Shown here in pieces: positions 8,206 through 16,339 of a stretch of 64,000 nucleotides of DNA. This DNA comes from Acidobacteriota bacterium (GTDB lineage: Bacteria; Actinomycetota; Acidimicrobiia; Acidimicrobiales; Microtrichaceae): assembly GCA_003577145.1 (NCBI GenBank), contig QEUP01000016.1, positions 964 to 64,963 on the forward strand, in the 5' to 3' direction. How positions within the stretch are numbered: position 1 is the stretch's first letter; every line of letters starts with the position of its first letter. The translations under genes were made by a program, and so were the position numbers. A model generated the notes under the pieces. It was given only the letters and a program-made list of their open reading frames with translations, was not told where the DNA came from and ran no database searches.

Positions 8206-9333
8206 TCAGCACATGGGGGCGGCGCCGTAGAGAGCCGCATGCCAGGGGGCTGCCAGATGCCAGCACCCGTCGGCCTCGCGGACCACCGGTACCACGGTGG
8301 TGACGGCATCGCCGCCGCACAGCGGGCAGCGGAGCTCGACGCCGAACTGGAAGGTGTTCCCGCTGGCAACGGGTTGGCTCACCTTGACCCAGATCGCCGG
8401 TGTTCCCGGAGCCGGCTCCGAGCTCACGAACCCGACCGCGACCGGTGTCTGCAGCGTGGCCACAGCAGCCCTGACGTCCGCGCCGATGGGCGCAGTGGAG
8501 CCGTCTGGCTGAGCGAACTGGTCGAAGACCTGGATCGAGTCATAGAGGGGAGCGCCGACGAATCGCTCGCCGAGCAGCACGTCGAGGTCGGCGATCGCAA
8601 CGATCAGCTCGGCGAAGCCTCCCGGGATGTCGGCGGTGGTGACCGGAGGAACCCCCGGGGACGGCGTCGGAGCCGGAGCCGGCGGGGTGTCACCGGGAGG
8701 TCGGGTCACCTGGGTGGAGGAGGTCTCGGTGCCGCTTTCGGCCGGCGGCGTAACTGGGGCAGCCGGGGGAGCCGAGCCGGTTGAACCCGCCGACCCGCCG
8801 GCGCCTCCGTCGGCAGAGTCCTCGGCCTCACTGTGACCGCTGGTCGAGCTCGACCCGGAGTCGCCGCCCCAGGTGCCGGTGCCGGTGGATCCGTCGTCGG
8901 TCGAAGTCGTGGTGGTCGGGTCCCGTTCCTCGCCGGCACCGGCGACGATCTCGGTCGGGTCCGGATCTCGCGAGAAGATGGCCAGCAACCCGAGCGCGAA
9001 CAGCAGAACGCCGACGAGGGTGAGCACGAGCACCAGCGGTCCCCTGTCGTGTTCGGGATGCTCAGGACCTTCCGCCGGAGCGTCCTCGGTGGGTACCCGG
9101 TCGTGCTCGTCTTCGGGGTCGGCGATGGGGAGCAGATCGCCGTCGAGGTTCCAGATCGAGTCCGGAGAGCCGGCGGACTCGTCAGACGCTGGATTCAGGG
9201 CGGCGGCGAGGCCGACCGCGGGGACGTCCGGGGCGGACCCGGCAGGCTCGCCTGATGCCGCATCGCTGGACACGGGTGTCGGTTCGACGGGCGTCCGCAG
9301 CTCCGGCGGCAGTGCGTCGTGTAGATCTCTCAT
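8206..9333 (-). CDS. single-pass membrane protein, paralog 1, with unrecognised 4-Cys C-terminal domain
   Basis: Acidic N-terminus, TM LVLVLTLVGVLLFALGLLAIF and a Ser/Thr/Gly/Pro-rich linker. The C-terminal domain of about 145 aa ends in RCPLCGG..READGCWHL..YGAAPMC. RBS GAGG lies upstream of the ATG. Confidence 0.7.
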   Translation of the reverse strand: MRDLHDALPPELRTPVEPTPVSSDAASGEPAGSAPDVPAVGLAAALNPASDESAGSPDSIWNLDGDLLPIADPEDEHDRVPTEDAPAEGPEHPEHDRGPLVLVLTLVGVLLFALGLLAIFSRDPDPTEIVAGAGEERDPTTTTSTDDGSTGTGTWGGDSGSSSTSGHSEAEDSADGGAGGSAGSTGSAPPAAPVTPPAESGTETSSTQVTRPPGDTPPAPAPTPSPGVPPVTTADIPGGFAELIVAIADLDVLLGERFVGAPLYDSIQVFDQFAQPDGSTAPIGADVRAAVATLQTPVAVGFVSSEPAPGTPAIWVKVSQPVASGNTFQFGVELRCPLCGGDAVTTVVPVVREADGCWHLAAPWHAALYGAAPMC

Positions 9334-9450
9334 GGACTACCTCAGCGGCCAACCCGGCTCTGCCGGCAGCCGAGCTGGGCTCCCACCCGCCTCGGTGCCA
9401 GACACTACAGGAACCCTCCTTGGACCGAAAGACCCGGGGCGCGCCATTGC

Positions 9451-9546
9451 CGACCCAGCCCGGCACCGACCCAGTTCGACACAGACCAAGCTCGACGCCG
9501 ACCCAGCTCGGCACCGACCCAGCTCGGCACCAGCCCAGCTCAACAC
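9451..9546. repeat. 6 tandem copies of a 16-bp unit (CGACCCAGCTCGGCAC consensus)
   Basis: The units occupy 9451-66, 9467-82, 9483-98, 9499-9514, 9515-30 and 9531-46. Copies 4 and 5 are identical. The last unit overlaps the stop codon of 9540..10472. Confidence 0.9.
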
Positions 9547-10472
9547 ATGGGCGCGGAGCCGTAGATGAACGAGTGCGAGTAGTAGTCCAGGTGCCAGCAG
9601 CCGTCGGCCTCCTTGGCCACTGCGACGGTGAGCGGGTCGGTGAAGCCCTGACACATCCCGCACTCGATGCGACCGGTGAACAAGAACGCGTTGCCTTCTG
9701 CTAGTGGTACGGCGAGTTGGGTGAAGGCGCCGTTGAAGTCCTCCGGCGCTTCGCTGACGAAGGTCACCCTGATCGGGGCTGCACTCGCCACGATGATTGC
9801 TCGCAGCTCGTCGCTGATCGGTGTCGAGGTGCCATCGGCGTTCTCGAAGCGCTCGAGCACCTGGGCCTCGTTGTAGAGGTACTGGCCATCGCCGATGAGC
9901 AGGCCCCCGAGCAGAGCGTTCAGGTCGACCAGGCTGGTGATGAGCTCCTCGAAGGCAGCAGGCAGATCCTCCGGGCCGACAGGGGGTGCTGGAGGGAACG
10001 TCGGCGGGGGCGGTGCCGGCGGTATCGGATCGCCCAGCCTCGGATCGACCCACGTCGGACCACACGGGGGGAAGTAATCGCAACCGTAAGGGATGCCTTG
10101 CTCGCTTGACGGGATCTCTGGCTGCGTCGTGCTCGGCGGTGTCGATGGCGCCACCCACTCGTCTGTGGCCGAATCCACCGCGGGTGCAGGGGCCTCAGGC
10201 ATTGACGGCGGCACCGTGGTCGACGCGTCGAAGACAGGATCGAGTTGGGCGTCCGAGGGAGTGGGGTCGGACCGGAGCTGCCCGTCTCCGGTGTCAAAGG
10301 CCTTCACCGTCGCTTCGTCTGACCCGGTGACCAGGATCAGCGTTGCGACCAACAGGGCGACCAGTGCGGCCGCTGACCGGAGGCTCGCTGCCGACCGTCG
10401 CCTGACACCCCGACCGGGCCCGTGGGCCTGAGCGTCAGAGATCGAACCACCTGAACCCGATGCTCTCGACAT
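9540..10472 (-). CDS. signal-anchored membrane protein, paralog 2, with the same 4-Cys C-terminal domain
   Basis: The ORF 9540..10541 was trimmed to the ATG at 10472 (AGGTGG RBS). Anchor AAALVALLVATLILVTG and a Pro-rich linker. The C-terminal domain ECGMCQG..KEADGCWHL..YGSAPMC aligns over about 145 aa with 8206..9333. Confidence 0.7.
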   Translation of the reverse strand: MSRASGSGGSISDAQAHGPGRGVRRRSAASLRSAAALVALLVATLILVTGSDEATVKAFDTGDGQLRSDPTPSDAQLDPVFDASTTVPPSMPEAPAPAVDSATDEWVAPSTPPSTTQPEIPSSEQGIPYGCDYFPPCGPTWVDPRLGDPIPPAPPPPTFPPAPPVGPEDLPAAFEELITSLVDLNALLGGLLIGDGQYLYNEAQVLERFENADGTSTPISDELRAIIVASAAPIRVTFVSEAPEDFNGAFTQLAVPLAEGNAFLFTGRIECGMCQGFTDPLTVAVAKEADGCWHLDYYSHSFIYGSAPMC

Positions 10473-10586
10473 GTAGCACCACCTGATCGCTAGACACGCT
10501 ATACCACCCGATCGCCCAGAAGTCACGAACCATTTACCCACGGGGGCGGTCGGGACTACAGGAACCGGGAGAAGCCCGGGGAGGGA

Positions 10587-11309
10587 TCAGGCCTTGGGGA
10601 GGGCTACGAACGCCACCGCCACGTAGTGCACCGCCGCGGCTGCGACCACGAAGAGATGGAACACCTCGTGGAACCCGAACCACTTCGGTGACGGGTTCGG
10701 TCGCTTGATGGCGAAGATGATCGCCCCGAGCGTGTAGAGCAGGCCACCGCTCAGGATGAGGACGAATCCGGCCACGCCACCGTTGACGAAGATGTCATCG
10801 ATGACGAGGATGCCGGCCCAACCGACGGCGATGTAGGGGACCGCGACGAACCAGGTGGGTGCGTCGAGCCACGCGCAGCGGGTGACGATCCCCACCAGCG
10901 CACCGAGCCAGACGACCGCCAGGATCAGCCTCGTGTCCGGTGGAGGCAGCAACAGCACCGCGATCGGGGTGTAGGTGGCTGCTATGGCGACGAAGATCAT
11001 CGAGTGGTCGAGCTTGCGGATCCAGGTCTCGAGCCACGGCGGCCAGTAGAAACGGTGCAGGAGCGAGCTACAGCCGAACAGACCGATGGTCGCCCCGGCG
11101 TAGATCGATATGACTGCCTTGGGCACACCGGCGGGGGCTACGACGATGATGATCGGGGCGATGGCGACGGCAGCGACGAGGGCCGCGGTGTGGGACCAGC
11201 CTCGGAAGATCGGCTTCTTCGCACGCGTCGGTGATGGGTCCGAGGCCGGCACAGCTTCGGTACGTTCAGGTTCGGCACCTTCGGGGGCAACCACCGCGGG
11301 GGGGAGCAT
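10587..11309 (-). CDS. hemolysin III / PAQR family membrane protein
   Basis: Seven predicted TM segments. FRGWSHTAALV, LDHSMIFVAIAATYTP and FHEVFHLFVVAAAAVHY match the Hly-III His/Asp motifs. Confidence 0.85.
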   Translation of the reverse strand: MLPPAVVAPEGAEPERTEAVPASDPSPTRAKKPIFRGWSHTAALVAAVAIAPIIIVVAPAGVPKAVISIYAGATIGLFGCSSLLHRFYWPPWLETWIRKLDHSMIFVAIAATYTPIAVLLLPPPDTRLILAVVWLGALVGIVTRCAWLDAPTWFVAVPYIAVGWAGILVIDDIFVNGGVAGFVLILSGGLLYTLGAIIFAIKRPNPSPKWFGFHEVFHLFVVAAAAVHYVAVAFVALPKA

Positions 11310-11419
11310 CGACGCCAGAGTAAGCCTTGGGGGGACGCCTGTGAAACCGGGCAGAGGTCACAGTGGCTGCCCCGGCGCCGGTGAAGCCGACCATCTGCTC
11401 GGGCGAGGTAGATTGTGGT

Positions 11420-11438
11420 CCCGCCCCCGACAGGCGGG
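11420..11438 (-). terminator. candidate stem-loop after the ArsR-type regulator gene
   Basis: CCCGCC-cccgaca-GGCGGG, 11 nt downstream of the stop at 11449. Confidence 0.3.
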
Positions 11439-11448
11439 TCTCTCCTGC

Positions 11449-12165
11449 TCAGCTCTCGACGGCGGTCACGCAGATGTCGTCGCCCCTGGGCTTGGAGGAC
11501 TGGAGATCGAGAGCGGTCTCCTGCCCGTACAGGGCACCGAGCATCCCCTTCACCAGCCCCCGGTCGACCGCGCATATGACCGGATGTTGGATGACGGCAT
11601 CGCCGAACGGGCAGTTCTCCGAGACGATGTGCAACTCGCCGCCATGCTTTTCGGTGTGAGCCGCGAAGCCGTGAGCCGAGAGGGCGTCGGCGACGGTGTG
11701 GAGGGCGGTGCGGAACGACTTCTGTGCCATCTGGTCGCCCATCGCGGTGGCCATGGCCACGCCGTACTCGATGCCGACCCCCTCGGCTAGCCGTTCGGCC
11801 TGCTCGGGTGTCAGCAGTGCCAGGGCCCGCCCAAGCAGCGTCACGATGAGGTCGTCGTGGCGGACCGGGAATTCGAGCGACATGTGGTCTTCGACGACGC
11901 GGTAGTGCTTGGACGGCCGGCCGGCGCTGCTGCGCTCGCGCTCGACGCGTGTCTCGAGGTAACCGCCGGCAGTCAGCTTGTCGAGGTGGTGCCTGGCGAC
12001 GTTGGGGTGAAGGTCGAACCGCTCGGCCACCTCGGATGCCGTGACCCCACCTGCTCGACCGTGAGCGAAGAGGTAGATCTCGCGCCGGGTCGGATCGCCG
12101 AAGGCCGAGGTGATCGCGGTGACCGCAGAGTTGAACTCGGTTGGGGTGAGTGGAGGGCGATCCAC
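11449..12165 (-). CDS. ArsR-type winged-helix regulator with Cys-containing C-terminal domain (SufR-like architecture)
   Basis: N-terminal FGDPTRREIYLFAHGRAGGVTASEVAERFDLHPNVARHHLDKLTAGGYL is an ArsR/HTH_20 pattern. The C-terminal half carries ENCPFGDAVIQHPVICAVD and DDICVTA, three Cys in total. Confidence 0.7.
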   Translation of the reverse strand: MDRPPLTPTEFNSAVTAITSAFGDPTRREIYLFAHGRAGGVTASEVAERFDLHPNVARHHLDKLTAGGYLETRVERERSSAGRPSKHYRVVEDHMSLEFPVRHDDLIVTLLGRALALLTPEQAERLAEGVGIEYGVAMATAMGDQMAQKSFRTALHTVADALSAHGFAAHTEKHGGELHIVSENCPFGDAVIQHPVICAVDRGLVKGMLGALYGQETALDLQSSKPRGDDICVTAVES

Positions 12166-12248
12166 ACCGGTAGTCTACCCAACAGCATCCGAACCTCCCC
12201 GACGCTGTCACCGAAGCGTTGCCCGGGCCGCACCCAGATGAGGACCCG

Positions 12249-13391
12249 ATGTCGATAAGTCGCGAACAAGTCGTCGAAGCATTGCAACCAGTGCAAGATC
12301 CGGAGCTTCACCGCAGCATCGTGGATCTCGAGATGGTCCGCTCCGTCGAGGTCGACCTGCCGGCGGTGCGGGTGCAGATCGCTCTGACCGTTCCCGGGTG
12401 CCCTCTCCGCCACGAGATCGAGCGCCGCGTGACCGAAGCGGTATCGCTCCTCGACGGTGTCGACCGGGTCGAACTGGACTTCACCGTCATGAGCGACGAG
12501 GAGCGAGCGGCTCTGCGCGAGCGGCTTCACGGCAGTCCGGCATCCAGCGCCGGCTCGCAAGCCGCTCATGGTCACGCCGAGGGGAGGCAGATCCCCTTTG
12601 CCGACCCCTCGAGCCGGACCCGGGTACTGCTCGTCGCCTCGGGAAAGGGCGGCGTCGGGAAGTCCTCGGTCAGCGCCAACCTCGCCGTCGCCCTGGCACG
12701 GCGGGCGAAATCGGTCGGTGTGGTGGACGCCGATGTCTGGGGGTTCTCGATCCCGCGCATGCTCGGTGTCGAGCAGCCGCCGGTGGTGATCGACGAGATG
12801 ATCGTGCCCCCCGAAGCTCACGGCGTGCGCTGCATCTCGATGGGCTTCTTCGTCGAGGACGAGCAGCCCGTCATCTGGCGAGGACCCATGCTGCACAAGG
12901 CCCTCGAGCAGTTCCTGACCGACGTGTACTGGGACGATCCCGACTTCTTGCTGATCGATCTCCCGCCGGGTACCGGCGACATCGCCATCTCACTGGCCCA
13001 GTTCCTTCCCCGCGCCGAGGTCTACGTCGTCACCACGCCCCAGCCGGCCGCCCAGCGTGTGGCCCAGCGTGCCGGCTTCATGGCCCGGAAGGTACAGCTC
13101 GAGGTGAAGGGCGTCATCGAGAACATGTCGTGGTTCACCGGCGACGACGGCAAGCGCTACGAGTTGTTCGGTGCCGGCGGCGGACAGGAACTCGCCGAGC
13201 GTCTCGGCGTACCTCTGGTCGGCCAGATCCCCCTGGTTCCCGCCTTGCGGGAGGGCGGCGACGCCGGACGTCCGATCGCGGCAAGTGACCCCACCTCGGA
13301 GGTGGGCGAGTCCTTCGCCGCCATGGCCGACACCATCGACGTCGAGCTCGCACCCACCCGTCGCTTCAACCCCGAGCTCAACCTCCTCTAG
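12249..13391 (+). CDS. apbC: Mrp/NBP35/ApbC-family Fe-S cluster carrier ATPase with N-terminal DUF59 domain
   Basis: Trimmed to the ATG at 12249 (GAGGA RBS). DUF59-like VQDPELHRSIVDLEMV, deviant Walker A VASGKGGVGKSSVSANLA, and the WD.PDFLLIDLPPGTGD motif. Confidence 0.9.
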   Translation: MSISREQVVEALQPVQDPELHRSIVDLEMVRSVEVDLPAVRVQIALTVPGCPLRHEIERRVTEAVSLLDGVDRVELDFTVMSDEERAALRERLHGSPASSAGSQAAHGHAEGRQIPFADPSSRTRVLLVASGKGGVGKSSVSANLAVALARRAKSVGVVDADVWGFSIPRMLGVEQPPVVIDEMIVPPEAHGVRCISMGFFVEDEQPVIWRGPMLHKALEQFLTDVYWDDPDFLLIDLPPGTGDIAISLAQFLPRAEVYVVTTPQPAAQRVAQRAGFMARKVQLEVKGVIENMSWFTGDDGKRYELFGAGGGQELAERLGVPLVGQIPLVPALREGGDAGRPIAASDPTSEVGESFAAMADTIDVELAPTRRFNPELNLL

Positions 13392-13405
13392 CCCCACCCA
13401 CCACC

Positions 13406-13454
13406 CTTCTTGGCAGCATTACCCCCTCCATGCGCGGAAAACGCTGCCAAGAAG
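13406..13454 (-). repeat. family-A intergenic hairpin element, copy 2 (inverted orientation)
   Basis: The reverse complement reads CTTCTTGGCAGC-GTTTTCCGCGCATGGAGGGGGTAAT-GCTGCCAAGAAG. G/C-rich flanks (13392-13405 and 13455-13465) can extend the stem imperfectly. It lies between convergent stops at 13391 and 13474. Confidence 0.85.
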
Positions 13455-13473
13455 CGGGTGGGGTGCTCCCTGA

Positions 13474-14472
13474 TCACTCGAAGGTGTCGCGGTAGGCGAA
13501 AAGGCCGGGGGTACCACCGGTGTGGACGAACACCACCGTCTCGCCCGACCCGATGTGACCCGACCTGATCAACCCGATCAGCCCGGCCATGGCCTTCCCG
13601 GTGTACACAGGGTCGAGCACCAGCCCCTCGGTGCGTGCGCAGAGCTCCACCGCTTCTCTCATCTGCGGTGTCGGCAGGCCGTAGCCCTCGCCGATGTAGC
13701 CGTCCTCGAAGCGCCAGGACCGGGGCGGTTCCGCGCCGAGGAGGTCCGCCAGGCCGTCGATCAGCCCGGTGAGCACCGCCGTGCGCTCCGCGCCGGGTCG
13801 GTACACCGGGACGCCGATCACCTCGGCTTCGACGCCGGCTGCGTGCAGCCCGGTGGCCAGCCCCGCCATCGTCCCGAGGGTCGCGGCTGCGGTGACGACC
13901 CGGGTCGGGCTCACGCCGGCTTCGCTCAACTGCGTCGCAAGCTCGAGCCCGGCGCGCACGTAACCCAGCGAACCCACGACGCTCGATCCGCCCGGCGGGA
14001 TCTCGTAGCAGCGTTCGCCGCCGGCCTCGATGCGCCGGATCAGGTCAGCAGCCTCGGCTTCGGCCTGTTCGGGGTGGTCGAAGACGTGGGTGCGGGCTCC
14101 CAGGATCCGGTCGAGGAAGATGTTGCCCGAACACTCGTACTCCTGGGAGCGGCGGGGCACCAGGCGGGAAAGCATCAGCTCGCAACCCAGCCCCAGGCGG
14201 GCCGCCGCGGCGGCGGTCTGTCGGGCGTGGTTGGACTGCACCGCCCCGTAGGTGATCAGCGTCGATGCTCCCTGCGCGAGAGCGTCGCCACACAGGTACT
14301 CCAGCTTGCGGACCTTGTTGCCGCCCAGCCCGAGGCCGGTGCAGTCGTCTCGCTTGACCCACAGCTCCGGGCCCCCCAGGAACTGTTCGAGGCGGTTCAG
14401 GCGTTGCAGGGGTGTGGGCAGATGGCCGAGTGACGCACATGGGAGCCGATCCAGACGTGCCCGCACACTCAT
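13474..14472 (-). CDS. PLP-dependent D-cysteine desulfhydrase / ACC deaminase family protein
   Basis: The ORF 13474..14751 was trimmed to the ATG at 14472 (MSVRARLDRLP). WVKRDDCTGLGLGGNKVRKLEYL contains the PLP-Lys motif, and the C-terminal part reads VFVHTGGTPGLFAY. Confidence 0.85.
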   Translation of the reverse strand: MSVRARLDRLPCASLGHLPTPLQRLNRLEQFLGGPELWVKRDDCTGLGLGGNKVRKLEYLCGDALAQGASTLITYGAVQSNHARQTAAAAARLGLGCELMLSRLVPRRSQEYECSGNIFLDRILGARTHVFDHPEQAEAEAADLIRRIEAGGERCYEIPPGGSSVVGSLGYVRAGLELATQLSEAGVSPTRVVTAAATLGTMAGLATGLHAAGVEAEVIGVPVYRPGAERTAVLTGLIDGLADLLGAEPPRSWRFEDGYIGEGYGLPTPQMREAVELCARTEGLVLDPVYTGKAMAGLIGLIRSGHIGSGETVVFVHTGGTPGLFAYRDTFE

Positions 14473-14520
14473 GAGCGACGAACCTAATGCGAAGGCTGCT
14501 CGGGCGGGCAGTTCCCCTCC

Positions 14521-14592
14521 CGGCTCTCCCGACCCTCCCGGCCCTCCCGGCTCTCCCGACCCTCCTGACCGTCCCGACCCTCCCGACCCTCC
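14521..14592. repeat. 8 tandem copies of a 9-bp unit (CGRCYCTCC)
   Basis: Units run from 14521 in steps of 9 and read PGSPDPPGPPGSPDPPDRPDPPDPP in the + frame. The region lies between divergent genes, so its coding status is ambiguous. Confidence 0.85.
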
Positions 14593-14605
14593 CGAGGACG
14601 CCGAG

Positions 14606-15334
14606 ATGACCGTCGTTGACAGCGGCCCCGCCGAAGCCGTCAGCCCTGTCGGCCGCCGGGTCTTCGTGGGCATGATCGGCCTCGGTGTGGCGGGCATCGT
14701 CTTCGGCTCGAAGGTGCGAAGCGCGATCGGCTCGGCGCTCAGCCCTGTCACCGAGAGCGACCCGACCGGCTTGACCGCCTTGCTGCCGACGACGGGACGG
14801 TTCCGCTTCTACTCAGTAGTCGGGTTCAGCCCCGAGCCACCCGCCGACGGCTATCGCCTGAGAGTCGACGGGCTGGTCGAGGAGCAGCTCGAGCTCGACT
14901 TGGGGGAGCTCGGCCGCATGCGACAGGTCGAGCTGGTGAAGGACTTCCAATGCGTCACCGGATGGCGGGTGGAGGACGTGCCGTGGAAGGGAGTGCTCGT
15001 GCGCGACCTCCTCGAGTCCGCCGGTGTCATCGACGGAGCCACTCATGTCGTGTTCCACTCCTTCGACGGTGTGTACACCGAGAGCCTCGACCTCGACCAG
15101 GCTCGCCGAGACGACGTGATCGTTGCGCTCGAGATGCTCGGCGCTGCGGTCAGCCGGGATCACGGCGGGCCGGCGCGCCTCTACGTGGCGCCCATGTACG
15201 GCTACAAGTCGCTCAAGTGGTTGGGGCGGATCGAGGTGGTCGAACAGGCCGCGGAAGGGTACTGGGAGGCTCGGGGCTATGACACCGACGCCTGGATCGG
15301 GGGCTCGAATGGTCGAGACGACGAGCCGGTCTGA
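14606..15334 (+). CDS. molybdopterin-dependent oxidoreductase (SUOX-fold, MsrP/YedY-like) with Tat-type signal
   Basis: ATG at 14606 with GAGGA 7 nt upstream. An alternative ATG at 14471 would add the Pro-rich repeat. Tat-like SPVGRRVFVGMIGLGVAG and FQCVTGWRVEDVPWKGV (Mo-ligand Cys context). Confidence 0.75.
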   Translation: MTVVDSGPAEAVSPVGRRVFVGMIGLGVAGIVFGSKVRSAIGSALSPVTESDPTGLTALLPTTGRFRFYSVVGFSPEPPADGYRLRVDGLVEEQLELDLGELGRMRQVELVKDFQCVTGWRVEDVPWKGVLVRDLLESAGVIDGATHVVFHSFDGVYTESLDLDQARRDDVIVALEMLGAAVSRDHGGPARLYVAPMYGYKSLKWLGRIEVVEQAAEGYWEARGYDTDAWIGGSNGRDDEPV

Positions 15335-15992
15335 GCGTCGGTGGGCTGGAGTGGTGCCCGACCAGTTGGTGCGCTTCGACCGGGTCGAGAGGCTCGTGCA
15401 CTGGACGACGGCCCTGCTGTTCGTCATCGCCCTGGCGACCGGCACAGTTCTGTACGTCGGCCCCTTGTCGACCCTGGTGGGGCGGCGGGTGCTCGTCAAG
15501 GACCTGCACGTCTACGCCGGCCTGCTGCTACCCCTGCCGCTGATCGTCGGCTATGCCGGCCGCTGGCGAGTTGGGCTGCGGCGAGACGTGCAGCGCTTGG
15601 CCCGGTGGCGGCCAGCGGACCGGCGCTGGTTGCGCCATCCGCTGCACCACGACGGCTTCGAGCGCGACAAGTTCAACGGCGGGCAGAAGCTGTTCGCTGC
15701 CTTCGTGGCCGGGAGCATCGCCGTCTTCATCCTCACCGGGTCGGTGATGAGGTGGTTCGAGCCGTTTCCCGATACGTGGCGCAACGGCGCGACCTTCGTC
15801 CACGACTGGCTCTACCTGGTGATGGCGCTGCTGTTGGTCGGCCACGCCTACAAGGCGGTCTCGGAGCCCGAGATGCTGCGCTCGATGCTGGTCGGGCGGA
15901 TTCCGGCGCGCTGGGCCCGCTACCGCCAACCCGGCTGGTATGCGGAGGTGACCACCGACCCTGAAGACGAGGCGCAGGCGGCGGCTGGCTAG
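15309..15992 (+). CDS. cytochrome b (b561 / YedZ / FdnI-like) membrane subunit
   Basis: RFDRVERLVHWTTALLFVIALATG and GGQKLFAAFVAGSIAVFILTG..HDWLYLVMALLLVGHAY give four TM segments with conserved His. The start is uncertain. As called it overlaps the upstream gene by 26 nt. Confidence 0.7.
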   Translation: MVETTSRSERRWAGVVPDQLVRFDRVERLVHWTTALLFVIALATGTVLYVGPLSTLVGRRVLVKDLHVYAGLLLPLPLIVGYAGRWRVGLRRDVQRLARWRPADRRWLRHPLHHDGFERDKFNGGQKLFAAFVAGSIAVFILTGSVMRWFEPFPDTWRNGATFVHDWLYLVMALLLVGHAYKAVSEPEMLRSMLVGRIPARWARYRQPGWYAEVTTDPEDEAQAAAG

Positions 15993-16099
15993 GTGCTTGC
16001 GGAGGAGCCATCACCGGGGGGAACTGAGATCTCTTGGGGCGCCGGCCCGAACCGATCTAGCCTTGGCGACACCTGGCTGATTCCCTGGGAGGGCTCAGA

Positions 16100-16333
16100 G
16101 TGGATGTTCGTATCGGCGTGACCTACTCCACCAAGGAGATCGATGTCGAGGTGGCGCCCGATGTCGACCGCGAGGCGCTCAAGGCCAGCATCGAGGACGC
16201 CCTCGCCGACGACACCGGCGTTCTCTGGCTCACCGACCGCCGCGGTCGCGATGTGGCCGTCCCGGTGGGGAAGGTCGCCTACGTGGAGATCGGCGGCCCC
16301 GAGGAGGATCGTCACATCGGATTCTCCGCCTGA
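16100..16333 (+). CDS. DUF3107 family protein
   Basis: GTG start with GGGAGGG 6 nt upstream. VRIGVTYSTKEIDVE..LWLTDRRGRDVAVPVGKVAYVEIG matches the DUF3107 pattern. Confidence 0.8.
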   Translation: MDVRIGVTYSTKEIDVEVAPDVDREALKASIEDALADDTGVLWLTDRRGRDVAVPVGKVAYVEIGGPEEDRHIGFSA

Positions 16334-16339
16334 TCGGCG

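Noticed and set aside
9451-9546. CRISPR array
   Set aside because: The 16-bp units are strictly head to tail with no spacers and are far shorter than CRISPR repeats. No cas genes are in the window.
11138-12211. ORF 11138..12211 (-, 357 aa) and ORF 11973..12896 (-, 307 aa)
   Set aside because: They are out of frame or antisense relative to the ArsR-type regulator and Mrp genes. They are Arg/Pro-rich with no family signal.
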